From Octopus sinensis (lineage: Eukaryota), in the NCBI RefSeq assembly GCF_006345805.1, contig NC_043005.1:71920001-71984000 (forward strand): a stretch of 64,000 bases of DNA, read 5' to 3'. The translations under genes were made by a program, and so were the position numbers. Shown here piece by piece: positions 1 through 11,768 of the stretch. Below the pieces are notes generated by a model. That model had not been told where the DNA came from and did no database searches. It saw only the letters and a list, made by a program, of their open reading frames with translations. Position 1 is the first letter of the stretch. Each line of letters starts with the position of its first letter.

Positions 1-451
1 TTAGGATATATCATTTCTCCATACATTTCCTAGAACTTCAGTGTCATATTAACACTGCATTGAAATTTAAAATCCGGCTTTATCATAAATTCCAATGGAA
101 ATTGAAGCACTGTTTAACTATTCTATTCTATATAATACAGTTTTTGATCTAGCATTTTGCAAGCACTAATTATATATATCATATTATCTCTTTTTCCTAC
201 TCAGTCAACATTCAGTTCTTAATTGAATCACTAGGTTGGTTTAGGATATTGACAATTTTCGCATCTAATGTTTTCTTCATATTCTTGGTAAAAGAGAAGA
301 ACTGTTTTAACACTAGAGGGCGTATATGAACTTAATAAATAGTTTGGCGGAAATTTACAGGAAAAGTCTAGATTCAGTAAATCTAATTTGGGTAATAGAC
401 TTAATCCATTGTATGATTGCAAGTATTTATTCTAAGAATGTCTGGAGTGGT

Positions 452-845
452 GCAGGAGTGGCTGTGTGGTAAATAGCTTGCTTACCAACCACTTTGGTTC
501 TGGGGTCAGTCCCACTGCATGGCACCTTAAGCAATTGTCTTCTGCTATAGTTTTGGGCTGACCAAAGCCTTGTAAGTGGATTTGGTAGATGGAAAGTGAA
601 AAAAAGCCCATTATATGTTTCTGTGTGTGTGTTTGTATATGTTTGTCCCCTCACTATCACTTGACAACAGTTGTTGGTGTGTTTACGTTACCATAACTTA
701 ACAGTTCAGCATAAGAGACCAATAGAATAAGTACTAGGCTTACAAAGAATAAGTCCTGGGGTTGAGTTGTTTGACTAAAAGCATTGCTCCAGCATGGTCA
801 CAGTCAAATGACTGAAACAAGTAAAAGAATAAAAGAAAAAGAATA
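452..845 (+). mobile_element. SINE family A (tRNA-derived, CORE-like), full length
   Basis: tRNA-like head GCTGTGTGGTAA..GGGTCAGTCCCACTG, CORE-like CACCTTAAGCAA motif, internal (TG)n, tail GAAACAAGTAAAAGAATAAAAG; same sequence recurs many times in the window. Confidence 0.9.
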
Positions 846-1241
846 ATGATCTCACGAGTCATAGTTTCATTCACCCTTCTTTAGTCAAGGAATCTGGGAA
901 AATGCTCAGTACTTACTTGTGTATAAGTCACACTATTTTAAACTAGATTTTCACTGAGAAAACTGGAGTGCAAATTTCAAATGGGGCAAAGCTAAAACTA
1001 TGAAGAGAAAAAAATATTACACTAAGAATTAACATTAATTAAGGAGTGTGATTTACACAGGTAATTACAATAATTGTCATGATACTTCCTACACAAAACT
1101 ATAATAAAAATAATCCCAATACTTTTAAGTAGAACTATGATTAAAAAAATTCTATCGATGTCAATACCTTCTTATTTTTTAAGACTGAAACAATTTGTAT
1201 TCAATTTGTCCTTCTTTTTTAAAGATTGTAAGATGTGATTA

Positions 1242-1361
1242 AAAGGGTACGAGACTGTTATTCTGCTGGTTGGACTCAGTAACAAACCATACAAAACTTC
1301 AAAGGGGACCAGACTGTTATTCTATTGGTTGGATTCAGTGACAATCGATACAAACCTTCAA
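1242..1361. repeat. Diverged two-copy tandem repeat, period 59 bp
   Basis: AGACTGTTATTCTGCTGGTTGGACTCAGTAACAA at 1252 and AGACTGTTATTCTATTGGTTGGATTCAGTGACAA at 1311. Confidence 0.85.
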
Positions 1362-1740
1362 TGCAGAAACATACCTACATGTGTTCCAGAGTAAAATCGA
1401 TTTATTTATACCTGCTTTGTATGATACAAACAAGACTCTTAAATTCTTGTTCTACTTACCATATTAATTGTGCTATATAAGTTCCACACCTTTGACTAAT
1501 TGAATTTACTTTGGATTTTTTTAGTGAGCTTTCCTTTGATAAATGCTTAATTTTTTATAATGAATCAGGTCGTGTAACTAAAGTACATATACATCCATAC
1601 ATAAATACATACACAAATACATACATGAATACATACCTACATACATACATACGTATGTATATGTACTTCAGTTACAAGTCTTGATTCTTCTAAAAGATTA
1701 CATATCATCATCGTTTAACATGTATCTTCCTTGCTTTGAT

Positions 1741-1851
1741 TTCGAGGTCGATTAAGTAAGTACCAGTTACGTACTGGGGTCGATATAATCGACTTAATCC
1801 ATTTGTTTGTCCTCTCTGTGTTTAGCCCCTTGTGGGTAGTAAAGAAATAAG
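1741..1851 (+). mobile_element. SINE family B, 3' fragment
   Basis: TAAGTACCAGTTACGTACTGGGGTCGATATAATCGAC...TTTAGCCCCTTGTGGGTAGTAAAGAAATA matches the 3' half of the copy at 54561. Confidence 0.85.
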
Positions 1852-3420
1852 TATTTTAAAGAATTGTCAAATTCTTACCGATGGAATATTGCCCAAAATA
1901 TTCAAAGAAATAGGTACTGTCTATGTAAGTTAATAATAATTTGTAGTATAGGCACAAGGCCAATTTATGCCAATTAATAAAAGCAAATAGCTTCATTCCG
2001 TTGAGTTTAAGTCTTGGCAAAATTATTGCAAGCATATTTTACGCAACCCCAGATAACTACATTTTCAATTCTTAAGAAAGACTAAATAGAAATGTGACTA
2101 GAGTTGCAAGTTGTTATCAAATGACATTTATGAATATTAGCAAACACATACCGATTCCTTCATAAATAGCATTGAATTTTAGAGAGCAGAAAATGATTAT
2201 AGCTGATCTAAATCAGAGATATCTGGATATTCATGAATAGCTGAAAAGTAGAGAGTTTTCTGTGATCTTTTCAAGAAAGGAAGTTTCCTTGGCTAAGTCT
2301 TAATCAAATGCATATACAAACTAAGAAAGATTAAGATAAATTTCATAAGAATTGCATTGAAGTGTTCTATAATTTTCCTTTACACAAGTCACTTTTCTAA
2401 GAACGAGATTTTATAGTGTCTATTGATCCTGTGCAGAGCAAACCAACTATGATTTCCACTGACTAGTTATGCCTTGGAAATATATTTAAATTCTTCTATT
2501 GCCATCACAAATATTGACCAATATCAAATATTCTATTGATAGAGGTTGATAAAATATTGCCTTTTCAGCATTCCTTACAAAAGTAGACAAATAAATATTA
2601 AAAAAAAGAATCTTTGAAAATTCTTCATCTTTGATTTTTTGGGGGAATTATTTAAAAAAAATTACTGTTTGTAAGGAAACCAGATTTTTTTTATTTGTTT
2701 ATTATTTAATTATATATTATTCTTATTGTCATCTACATTTTATCAACATCACCGTAATCATTGCACTTGTTATCATCACCACAGCTTTCATCAATATCAT
2801 CATCATCATCGCCATCATCATGTTTACAATATCTACCAAATTCATTATCAAGTAGTTAAGAAAAAAGATAGCAAAATAATTACTCTAAAGTGGCGTAAGA
2901 AGATGAGGAGGAGGTATTAAGTTTTTGCTGTAGTCATTTTGAGAATATATATCTATGAATGTGCGTGCATACATGTGTGTTTCTGTATGTGTGTATGTGT
3001 GTCTGTATGTGTGTGAGAATGTCTATTAAGAATATCTATCTGACTATTATGGCAAATAAAACAATATTTGAACCTCTTTCATTGGAGGAAAGATAATGTG
3101 GTAAATTTTCAAACTCTTTTAAGAGCAATGATGCTCATTGATCCATGTTGAAAATAGCTTTTATTGTTATTCGGCCAAAGGTCAGCCATGAGTGAGCAGA
3201 TCTATAATCAAAGATTCCACTCAAGGCCATTCTGTCCAGACATAGTGTATCTAAGATCCAAAGAAGTGTGTATATTTTAAAAACTTTTTTGATGTGATGT
3301 AAAAGAGATTAAGCTGCTATTTCTAGCTGATTGAATAACTGCCAAATGGATCTCAGATCAGTTCAGGATGTATGTAGTTTTTGTTTTATTTTCAACAATT
3401 TTCAAACTACCGATTCCTTT

Positions 3421-3446
3421 ATCTTTCATTATTATTATTATTATTA

Positions 3447-3479
<33 letters not shown>

Positions 3480-3490
3480 CATTATCATTC
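3421..3490. repeat. (ATT)n microsatellite
   Basis: Direct reading of the tract. Confidence 0.95.
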
Positions 3491-3499
3491 TTAGTGGTA

Positions 3500-3930
3500 T
3501 TTTGCTGGACAAAATGCTTAGTGATATTTTGCTCGATGGCAGTGAGCTGGCAGAAACATTAGCACGCCGGGCGAAATGCTTAGCGGCATTTCGTCTGCCA
3601 TTACGTTTTGAGTTCAAATTCCGCCGAGGTCGACTTTGCCTTTCATCCTATTGGGGTCGATTAAATAAGTACCAGTTACGCACTGGTGTTGATATAATCG
3701 ACTTAATCCATTTGTCTCTCCTTGTTTGTCCTCTCTGTGTTTAGCCCCTTGTGGGTAGTAACGAAATGGGTATTTTGCCCATTTTTATGTACTGAGTGCA
3801 AATTCCATCAAGGTCGACTTTGCCTTTCATCCTTTCGGGGTCGATAAAATAAGTACCAGTTGAACACTGGAGTCGATGTGAACAACTCATCTGCCCCCAC
3901 CAAATTGCTGCCCTTGTGACAGAATTTTAA
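3500..3930 (+). mobile_element. SINE family B full copy (~3537-3772) nested in an older B-variant copy
   Basis: Inner copy GGCAGTGAGCTGGCAGAA...GTAGTAACGAAATGGG flanked by TATTTTGC on both sides; outer copy continues after it. Confidence 0.8.
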
Positions 3931-4477
3931 ACTGTTGTTGCTGTACCTGCAGCAGCCACAGCAGCAAGGGAATTTTACAATTTGAACTCTAATGAAGAAA
4001 TATACTATTTCTCACTTCTTTTTGGTTCCCAGTCCAACCTGTAAGACTTCCATTCATATTTGCAGCCCCTAATAGTTTCTCCTGTGCTTTAATTCTCCAT
4101 CTTCCCCTGCATACAAAATTTTACTTCTTTCTATGAAAATTTACTAGAAGCAGAAAGCAATTGATAAATTAACAAAGAACTGAAATATAAATGTGATATA
4201 GCAATTCATATCCTGTCAGCTGGACTGGATTATGGTTCTGCACAAAGTACAACCAGCCTTCTCTCTGCAACCACTTAGCTATAAAGAAGCACTGCAATCT
4301 AGCACAGCCTGTTACTTTAAGTGGAAGAAACATTATAAAATAATGAATGCTGCCTTGGCTTATGGAACTGAGTGCAGTTGTTCATTAATTCTAGATTATC
4401 CTTAACTGAGCAGGCCTGGTATCTGACATTCTTACAAGCTTCCTTATTTTCATGTGTTTTATTTTACATTAAGTAAA

Positions 4478-4690
4478 AGTGCATGGCTTAGTGGTTAGGG
4501 TGTTGCACTCACAACTACAAGATTGTGGTTTTGATTCCCACACTAGGCAGTATATTGCATTATTGAGCAAAACACTTCTCATCTCACATTTCTCTGCAGC
4601 CACTTCAGCACCTGACATATGTGCCACACCATACACCTGAACAGGTATTGTTGATTTGATGGAGAGAGAGAGTTAATCTACATCACAAAC
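4478..4690 (+). mobile_element. SINE family E (tRNA-derived), diverged
   Basis: A-box-like TGGCTTAGTGGTTAGG, B-box-like GTTTTGATTCC, TTGAGCAAAACACTT motif; similar to 47339-47633. Confidence 0.75.
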
Positions 4691-4692
4691 AT

Positions 4693-4945
4693 CGTCATCA
4701 TCATCCTCATTTAATGTCCATTTAGCATGCTGGCATAAGTTGGACATTTTGACAGGAGCTGGTAAAGCCAGGTGTCATAGTCTGTGTTGGCATGGGCTCT
4801 ACAGCTGGATGCTCTTCCAAATGCTAACCACTTCTCAAAGTGTATTGGGTGCTTTTTTTATGTGGCACCAGCACCGGTCCATTTTATGTGGAACTGTCAC
4901 CAGTGCTTTTTCTTCATGGCACCAGCACCAGTGCTTTTTACTGAT
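4693..4945 (-). mobile_element. RTE-LINE 3' end (family C)
   Basis: (CAT)n tail followed by TTTAATGTCC...GCTGGATGCTCTTCCAAATGCTAACCAC...GGGTGCTTTT, shared with the copy at 18815 that carries RTE coding sequence. Confidence 0.8.
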
Positions 4946-5894
4946 CACTATATGCTGAACACAAGATGTTTAGTGAGAAATTTCAGAACCCTTATCTGCC
5001 ATCTATGGTATGCAAGTCCACCAAAGTCCAAGTAAGTTCTTCTTTCAAATCTAGCTTTCTACTTTTTATATACGACTTGTAGGTCAGACATCAAACTTTT
5101 TGTGCACTTTATTTGTCAGATTATTACACACAGTTCTCAACATTCAAAACAACTTTCAGCAATCATTACTACACCTCCAATTTCCAGCAAATTACTACCT
5201 TCATTTTATGAATAAAATAAAGACAATATTTTGTGATTTCGTAGTAAATTCTCATTTACTGTTGTATTTGTAATTGGTATTTCCATGTGAATGAACAGCT
5301 AGAAACTTTAATTTGTGTGCTGCCAACACATTTTTAACAACAAAGTCCACGTATACGTTGCTATAATATAGAATAATTTACTGCTGTCCTTGTGTGCCAA
5401 TGAAACAAAATCCAAGACACTTTTGTTGCCAGGTGATAAAATAAGTCGCTTTTTGTTTGAGCATAATAAGCTGTTATTCAGCAACTACTGTGAAGCTGTA
5501 ATAGATTTAATACGCTAAAATCATCAGTGTCTTATAGCCATGAGACACTTGACTGCATTCATTGGCATAATACTATATCAACTTTATTCATAAATCTATA
5601 TCATATAGGTAAACAAGGCTTTCATTTGTAATCAAATAATTGTGCATTTAAATTCATATATGCGTAAATACACATAGATAGCACACAACTGTGTATTGAT
5701 GCAGTTATATTCAGGCAAATAGAAACGTCCACAGTATGTATGTACATGTGTGTATTAAGATATATATATATATTTGTAAATACATGTATAAATATATATA
5801 TTATATATATATATACATACACACACACACTCACACATACACATATGTGTACATATATATATGTGGGGGGTATACATATATATTCTATAGGCAT

Positions 5895-6050
5895 ACATGT
5901 AGCTGTGAGATTAAGAAGTTTGCATCTCAACCATGTGGCTTCATGTTCAGTCCCAGAGTATGACACCTTGAAAAAGTGTCTTCTACTATAGCTTCAGGTT
6001 GACCAAAAGCCTTGTGAGTGAATTTGGTTGATGAAAACCAAAAGAAACCC
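5895..6050 (+). mobile_element. SINE family A, 5' half, diverged
   Basis: GCTGTGAGATTAAGAAG...AAGTGTCTTCTACTATAGC...AAGCCTTGTGAGTGAATTTGG. Confidence 0.8.
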
Positions 6051-6239
6051 AAGATATCAAAGGCAGTCTCCAAATTTTTCTATCCAAAACTTTTTAAACC
6101 CACTATTTACATGCTATTTTTAATAGCTTTATCTACTACAGAAAAAATTAAATATATACTTATATATATATATATATATATAGGTGGAAGCAAAATAGGT
6201 ATACAAAACGGTATAAAATAATCCAGAGAAAAAAAGAGC

Positions 6240-6690
6240 TCAATATGATAAAATATAGTAATATCATTAAATCTATTCTAACCCACAACTTAACAAATTG
6301 AGACAGTGTTTCATATTTTCCATCAATAAAAATATAATTCAAACTATATTACAGTTTCGTATAAAATAAAATCTATGACTAAGTATACTAATAGTATACT
6401 AATGGTATACTAATGCCTTTTGCATTAGTTGGATGAATGAGTAAAGAAAATGATATTAATTATTTTGGTATACCATTAGATGTCCAAGACTCTATGGAAA
6501 TTTATAAGCTTATTAATTTTTATAGTTTACATTTATTACATAGTAAGTTGAATAATTAACAGTATGGTTTATATCAAGATGATGGCTTATTATCATTCAA
6601 AATACGAATGTCCCAGATATAGATGAATTCAAAAAGAATTTCTTTGAGTCATTTGAAGATTACGCCTAAGAACTATATTTATGCAAATTA
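6240..6690 (+). pseudogene. Decayed Penelope-like retroelement reverse transcriptase
   Basis: One reading frame from 6302 (with internal stops) gives DSVSYFPSI ... FGIPLDVQDSMEIYKLINFYSL ... YGLYQDDGL, collinear with PLE RT motifs A (DxxxxYPSI), B (FDVTMGSxDGAExCELVGLY) and C (GLYRDDGL). Confidence 0.65.
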
Positions 6691-7092
6691 ATACTTATAT
6701 TGACAACATTATTAATGTTTATAATTAATAGTAATAGTAAATCATCTTAAACAGTTCTCGACAGCCAATTACTTTTTTATGCGCAATTTTTTTAAATGTA
6801 CTAATTGTTCATTAAATAATTTGTCTTTCAAAATCGATGATTTATTATGCTGAAGTATTTCTTGCAACTAATTCGGTTTCTAATGACTATGTCAGATAGA
6901 CAGAAAATCCAATCAATTTAAGATTTGGTCAGCACCAACTTAATCTCTGGGATCCTGAAACTTCAGTATACAACTTTGTTGAAGTTTATCAAGTTTTTAG
7001 CAACTAATAATAGTAGAAATGATAAAATTATCTGCAAGATATTAGAATATGCTCAATTTTATCATGAAGGTAACGATGGCTATGATCTAGAT

Positions 7093-7652
7093 CAGTGCTT
7101 CTCAAAGTATCAGATGTGGCGTACCAGCAGTTTTTTTCAATGTGCCAGGAACCAGTAATATTTCTTAGTAATATTTATTTATACCGGGTTCAGAGATTTA
7201 TTATTGTTTTTAAAATATATATTGGATGTAATAAAAGTTGGCAATTTTTTTTTATCTTTTGTAAACAGATAATACAATATTTATTTCTTTATTGCCCACA
7301 GGGGGCTAAACATAGAGGGGACAAGCAAGGACAGACAAAGGGATTAAGTGAATTACATCAACCCCAGTGCGTAACTGGTACTTATCTAATTAACCCCAAA
7401 AGGATGAAAGGCAAAGTTGACCTCACTGGAATTTGAACTCAGAACATAACGGCTGACAAAATACCACTAGGCATTTGCCAGTATGCTAACGATCCTGCCA
7501 GCTCGCCACCCTCAAAAAATACAATATTACATAAGCATTTTATAAGCATTTTATTATGTCTTTTTCTTTTCTTGAAACTCGCCATGTACAGGCAGCTGAT
7601 GACTCACAGACCAGCACCGGTCTGCGGATGACCACCACTTTGAGTAGCACTG
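7093..7652. mobile_element. hAT-type MITE with 8-bp TSD, carrying a nested SINE
   Basis: TIRs CAGTGCTTCTCAAAGT / ACTTTGAGTAGCACTG (15/16); TSD ATCTAGAT at 7085-7092 and 7653-7660. Confidence 0.9.
7282..7517 (-). mobile_element. SINE family B, full length, inside the hAT MITE
   Basis: Reverse complement of family B; TSD AATACAATATT at 7271-7281 and 7518-7528. Confidence 0.9.
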
Positions 7653-8094
7653 ATCTAGATAACCCAGGGGAAAAAAGCGAATATATTGTTTCTTAGATAT
7701 TCTATCTTAAACACCTGTTCAGAGGAAATACATTTTGTGGCCACAAATTGAAATATTTGTAGAAACATTTTACAAAGTCTAATGGTCGAATACCAGACAG
7801 CCTTATACAATATTGTTACACATTCCAAACAGACTAAAATTTTCTTTTGAAAGTGCATCTTACACTTGCTGTTTCTGACAAGATGTATTGGAATTTTTTG
7901 TAGAAATATTTCAAAATGCCTAGCAGGTGAATGTCAACTAGTCTTGTATAATACTGTGACATGCTCCAACCAAAGTGAAAACTTTTCTATTGTTAACACA
8001 CTTAATCGATATTTTTGAATTTCATAAAGAAGTATAAGATCATTTGACTCCCTTCTTTTGTTGCTTAGGAAAAATCAATACAATAAATAACGTG

Positions 8095-8525
8095 TATGTA
8101 TGTATGTATGTATGTATGTATGTATGTATGTGAGGGTGTATGTATATGCGTGTATGTATATGTGCATGTATGTATGTGTGTTTATGTACATGTGTATATG
8201 TATGTGTATGTATGTATGCATTGGTGTATGTATGTGTATGTATGTATATATGTGTATGTATATGTGTATGTATTTGTATGTGTGTATGTGTGTATGTATG
8301 TATGTGTATATGTGTGTGTATGTATGTGTGTATGTATGTGTGCATGTATGTATGTATGTGTGTGTGGATGTAAGTGTGCATGTATATGTGTATGTATGTG
8401 TGTGTGGATGTATGTGAGTGAATGTATGAATGTCTGTGTGTATGTGTGTGTGTATGCATGTATCTATGCATGTACATATATATGCATGTATGCATACATA
8501 TATGTATGTATATATGTATGTAAGC
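8095..8525. repeat. Degenerate (TATG)n/(TG)n microsatellite, ~430 bp
   Basis: Direct reading; source of several listed ORFs. Confidence 0.95.
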
Positions 8526-9032
8526 ATGCTATTTAGTTAAGCCCTTCATTTGCTATGGATCATAGTCCCTCACTGACTTTTCTTCACTGCTCTTGACTAA
8601 GGGCTGTCTTTTCTGCTTCTCTTCAGTTGGGTTCCTGCTTTCCCAGGTCTGCCTTGGGGAAGGTCTTCCTCTCCAATGTCTTCTTGGCTTTGACTTGTCA
8701 TCGATACATCGATGATTTTGCCTTTATTCTAGCTAAGGAGTTGACCATATATATTTACCCATATTTACCTCTGAGAAGAAGTGGTTCATATGAATCTTGC
8801 CTCTATTGTTTAACCTATCCAGCATGGGAGGCTCCATCAGGGACCTGCATTTCACTGACGTAGGAGAAACACAAGCTATAATGCCACATAAAGAACTCCC
8901 CCTTGTTGATGAATGCACATAAACATGTGGACACATATGGTTGTGTATGTGTGTGGCTGTGTCACCAAATACATGTGTGCATTTGTTTATAAAGTAAACT
9001 ATTAAAAATTTTTAAATACTTGATTGAAAGTA

Positions 9033-9175
9033 CAGGCATGGCTGTGTAGTTATAATGCTTGCTTTCCAACCACATGGTTCCAAGTTCAGTCTCAATACAT
9101 GACACCTTGGACAAATGCCTCTTATGATAGCGCTTGTGAGTGGATTTGGTAGTCAAAAACTGAAAGAAACTGTGT
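9033..9175 (+). mobile_element. SINE family A, 5' half
   Basis: GGCATGGCTGTGTAG...CCAACCACATGGTTCCAAGTTCAGTC...GTGAGTGGATTTGGTAG. Confidence 0.85.
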
Positions 9176-9235
9176 ATGTGTGTGTGTATGCGTGTATATA
9201 TCTATCTATCTTCTATATGTCTATCTATCTATCTA

Positions 9236-9314
<79 letters not shown>

Positions 9315-9366
9315 GCATGTATGTATATATATACACACACACACAAATAAAGCATTTGTGTATTAA

Positions 9367-9478
9367 GGCTACCATTGGTTTTGTGCTAAGAAAATATCTC
9401 AACAATTCTTCAAGCTGATCACACAGAAAAATTGGTGTTCATCTCCATTTCAGATTAAACATGAAACTAATGATAGCC
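9367..9478. mobile_element. Short TIR MITE with TTAA TSD (Kolobok-like GG termini)
   Basis: TTAA|GGCTACCATTGGTTTTGTG ... CATGAAACTAATGATAGCC|TTAA; second copy at 46070. Confidence 0.7.
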
Positions 9479-9585
9479 TTAATACACAAAGAACCTTTAT
9501 CCACCAATGCTGTATTGAGCACACATCTTTATTGTTCAGCATTTACACTTATATATATGTTTCATATATATATATATATATATAT

Positions 9586-10134
9586 TGATTGATTGATTGA
9601 TTGATTGATTTATATGTGTGAGTGTGTTTATAACAATGTGTAAATCTTTGTGTGTGTTTGAGCCCCATAAGGAACAATTTTAGATTACACCAACTCTTTC
9701 ATACTTTAAACGTATATTGGTCTGATGTAACAGGTGCCAGAGGTTCAATAGTTAATTGGAATGCAGGATCTGTATGGAGTTAACTTCTTTTACACAAGTA
9801 GCTAAAGAGTAGAAGGGCTTCATCTGTCCTTGGTCAGCAGGGGTGTCTGTGTATGACCTTCTCCCAGAAGCAGTTCTGAGACATTTAAATTATCCCATAG
9901 CAAGGAACCTTACATGTGCCACTGCTCTAGGTCAGAGTTGACCAGGTGTCAGAGTATACATATTTGTATGCTAGTGTGAATGTACATATGTACATATATG
10001 CATGCATAGATATACATACACATACACACACACACATAAATACATCAGTACATATATACATAATCAGATACACGTGTTGGCAATGGAAGCATATAGTATA
10101 TCTAATAAACATGTCTACATATCAACCTACCTAT

Positions 10135-10180
<46 letters not shown>

Positions 10181-10735
10181 ATATTGATTGATTGATTGAT
10201 TGATTGATTTATATGTGTGAGTGTGTTTATAACAATGTGTAAATCTTTGTGTGTGTTTGAGCCCCATAAGGAACAATTTTAGATTACACCAACTCTTTCA
10301 TACTTTAAACGTATATTGGTCTGATGTAACAGGTGCCAGAGGTTCAATAGTTAATTGGAATGCAGGATCTGTATGGAGTTAACTTCTTTTACACAAGTAG
10401 CTAAAGAGTAGAAGGGCTTCATCTGTCCTTGGTCAGCAGGGGTGTCTGTGTATGACCTTCTCCCAGAAGCAGTTCTGAGACATTTAAATTATCCCATAGC
10501 AAGGAACCTTACATGTGCCACTGCTCTAGGTCAGAGTTGACCAGGTGTCAGAGTATACATATTTGTATGCTAGTGTGAATGTACATATGTACATATATGC
10601 ATGCATAGATATACATACACATACACACACACATAAATACATCAGTACATATATACATAATCAGATACACGTGTTGGCAATGGAAGCATATAGTATATCT
10701 AATAAACATGTCTACATATCAACCTACCTATATAT

Positions 10736-10777
<42 letters not shown>
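9586..10777. repeat. Near-identical tandem duplication, period 599 bp, bounded by (TA)n tracts
   Basis: 9602 aligns to 10201 and onward; the only difference noticed is (CA)6 vs (CA)5. Confidence 0.95.
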
Positions 10778-10778
<1 letters not shown>

Positions 10779-11104
10779 TCATAATGATCAATAACTGTAT
10801 TTGTAAGTTTCTCAATGTTTCTAAGAAATCAATAAATATATATTTATATATTCTTCCCAGCTTTTAAAGAAAGACTTTGTCTGACTTCGTTTGACCTTTA
10901 TCTACCTCACCCAAGAAGTTAGTGTCTGCTATGTGTACACATAACAATCAGGTGTTAAATGAAAACCATTATGCAATTTTTTCCACTATTAGTTGCTGAT
11001 AACCAGTGTCAAAGGACTATCGACAAAATACAACTGTCCAAGTTGCAGCTCTGCAGGTCAAAACTTGGACCATATAATTGGCTTCACATTCCATCAGTTA
11101 CAAC

Positions 11105-11418
11105 AGGAGGCGCAATGGCCCAGTGGTTAGGGCAGCAGACTCACGGTCAGAGGATCGCAGTTTCAATTCCCAGACTGGGTGTTGTGTGTGTTTATTGAGC
11201 GAAAACACCTAAAGCTCCACGAGGCTCTGGCAGGGGGTGGTGGCGACCCTTGTTGTACTCTTTTGCTCCAGCTTTCTCTCACTCTTTCTTCCTGTTTCTT
11301 GTCCCCAACTTCCTACGCAACCACTGAGTCTGGATGCGCATTCATCCATCTGTCGATGCTCTCGGTGTGGGGAGTTGACCAGCTTTCTCTTCTGTGGGTC
11401 TTACGAATAGCAAAGGAC
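11105..11418 (+). mobile_element. SINE family D (tRNA-like head), full length
   Basis: GGAGGCGCAATGGCCCAGTGGTTAGGGCAGCAGACTCACGGTCAGAGGATCGCAGTTTCAATTCCCAGAC shows A and B boxes; related copies at 42200 and 50020. Confidence 0.85.
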
Positions 11419-11639
11419 CACATTTTGGACTTCTCCCATGAGGACGAAGACCACTTTGCTCAACAAACAAACAAAATCAGTTACAACAATGCGTGTTCCA
11501 ATTGATTCAATCAAAGGGAAAGCCTGCTCAGGAAGTTAATGTCCAAGTGGCTGAGCACTGCACAAAAACACATCAGCTTGTCACAGTTCTCAGGGAGATT
11601 TGGCATGACACAGAGTATGACAAGGCAGGCCCATTGAAT

Positions 11640-11768
11640 TACAGGTACAATTCATTTTTACCAGATGAATGGACTGGAACAACAGGATATAAATGTGTCT
11701 TGCCCAAGGACACAATACACCACTTTGAAGCGAACACACAACCTTACAATCATGAGAAGATTCTGAGA
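11640..11768 (-). mobile_element. SINE family E fragment
   Basis: GTGTCTTGCCCAAGGACACAATAC...CAACCTTACAATCATGAG is the reverse complement of the family E head. Confidence 0.65.

Noticed and set aside
917-997. 81-nt minus-strand segment with good acceptor and GTAAGT donor
   Set aside because: Stops in all three frames and no independent support; such site pairs arise by chance in AT-rich DNA
8040-8536. Long ORFs of 77-151 aa rich in YI/HT/CV/MY (also at 13069-15417, 19277-20574, 34832-35193, 51084-51443 and elsewhere)
   Set aside because: They are translations of (TA)n, (CA)n and (TATG)n microsatellites, which lack stop codons in some frames
11105-11180. tRNA-like sequence with A and B boxes (also heads of families A and E)
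   Set aside because: It continues into a SINE body and lacks a clean cloverleaf and Pol III terminator; a SINE head, not a tRNA gene
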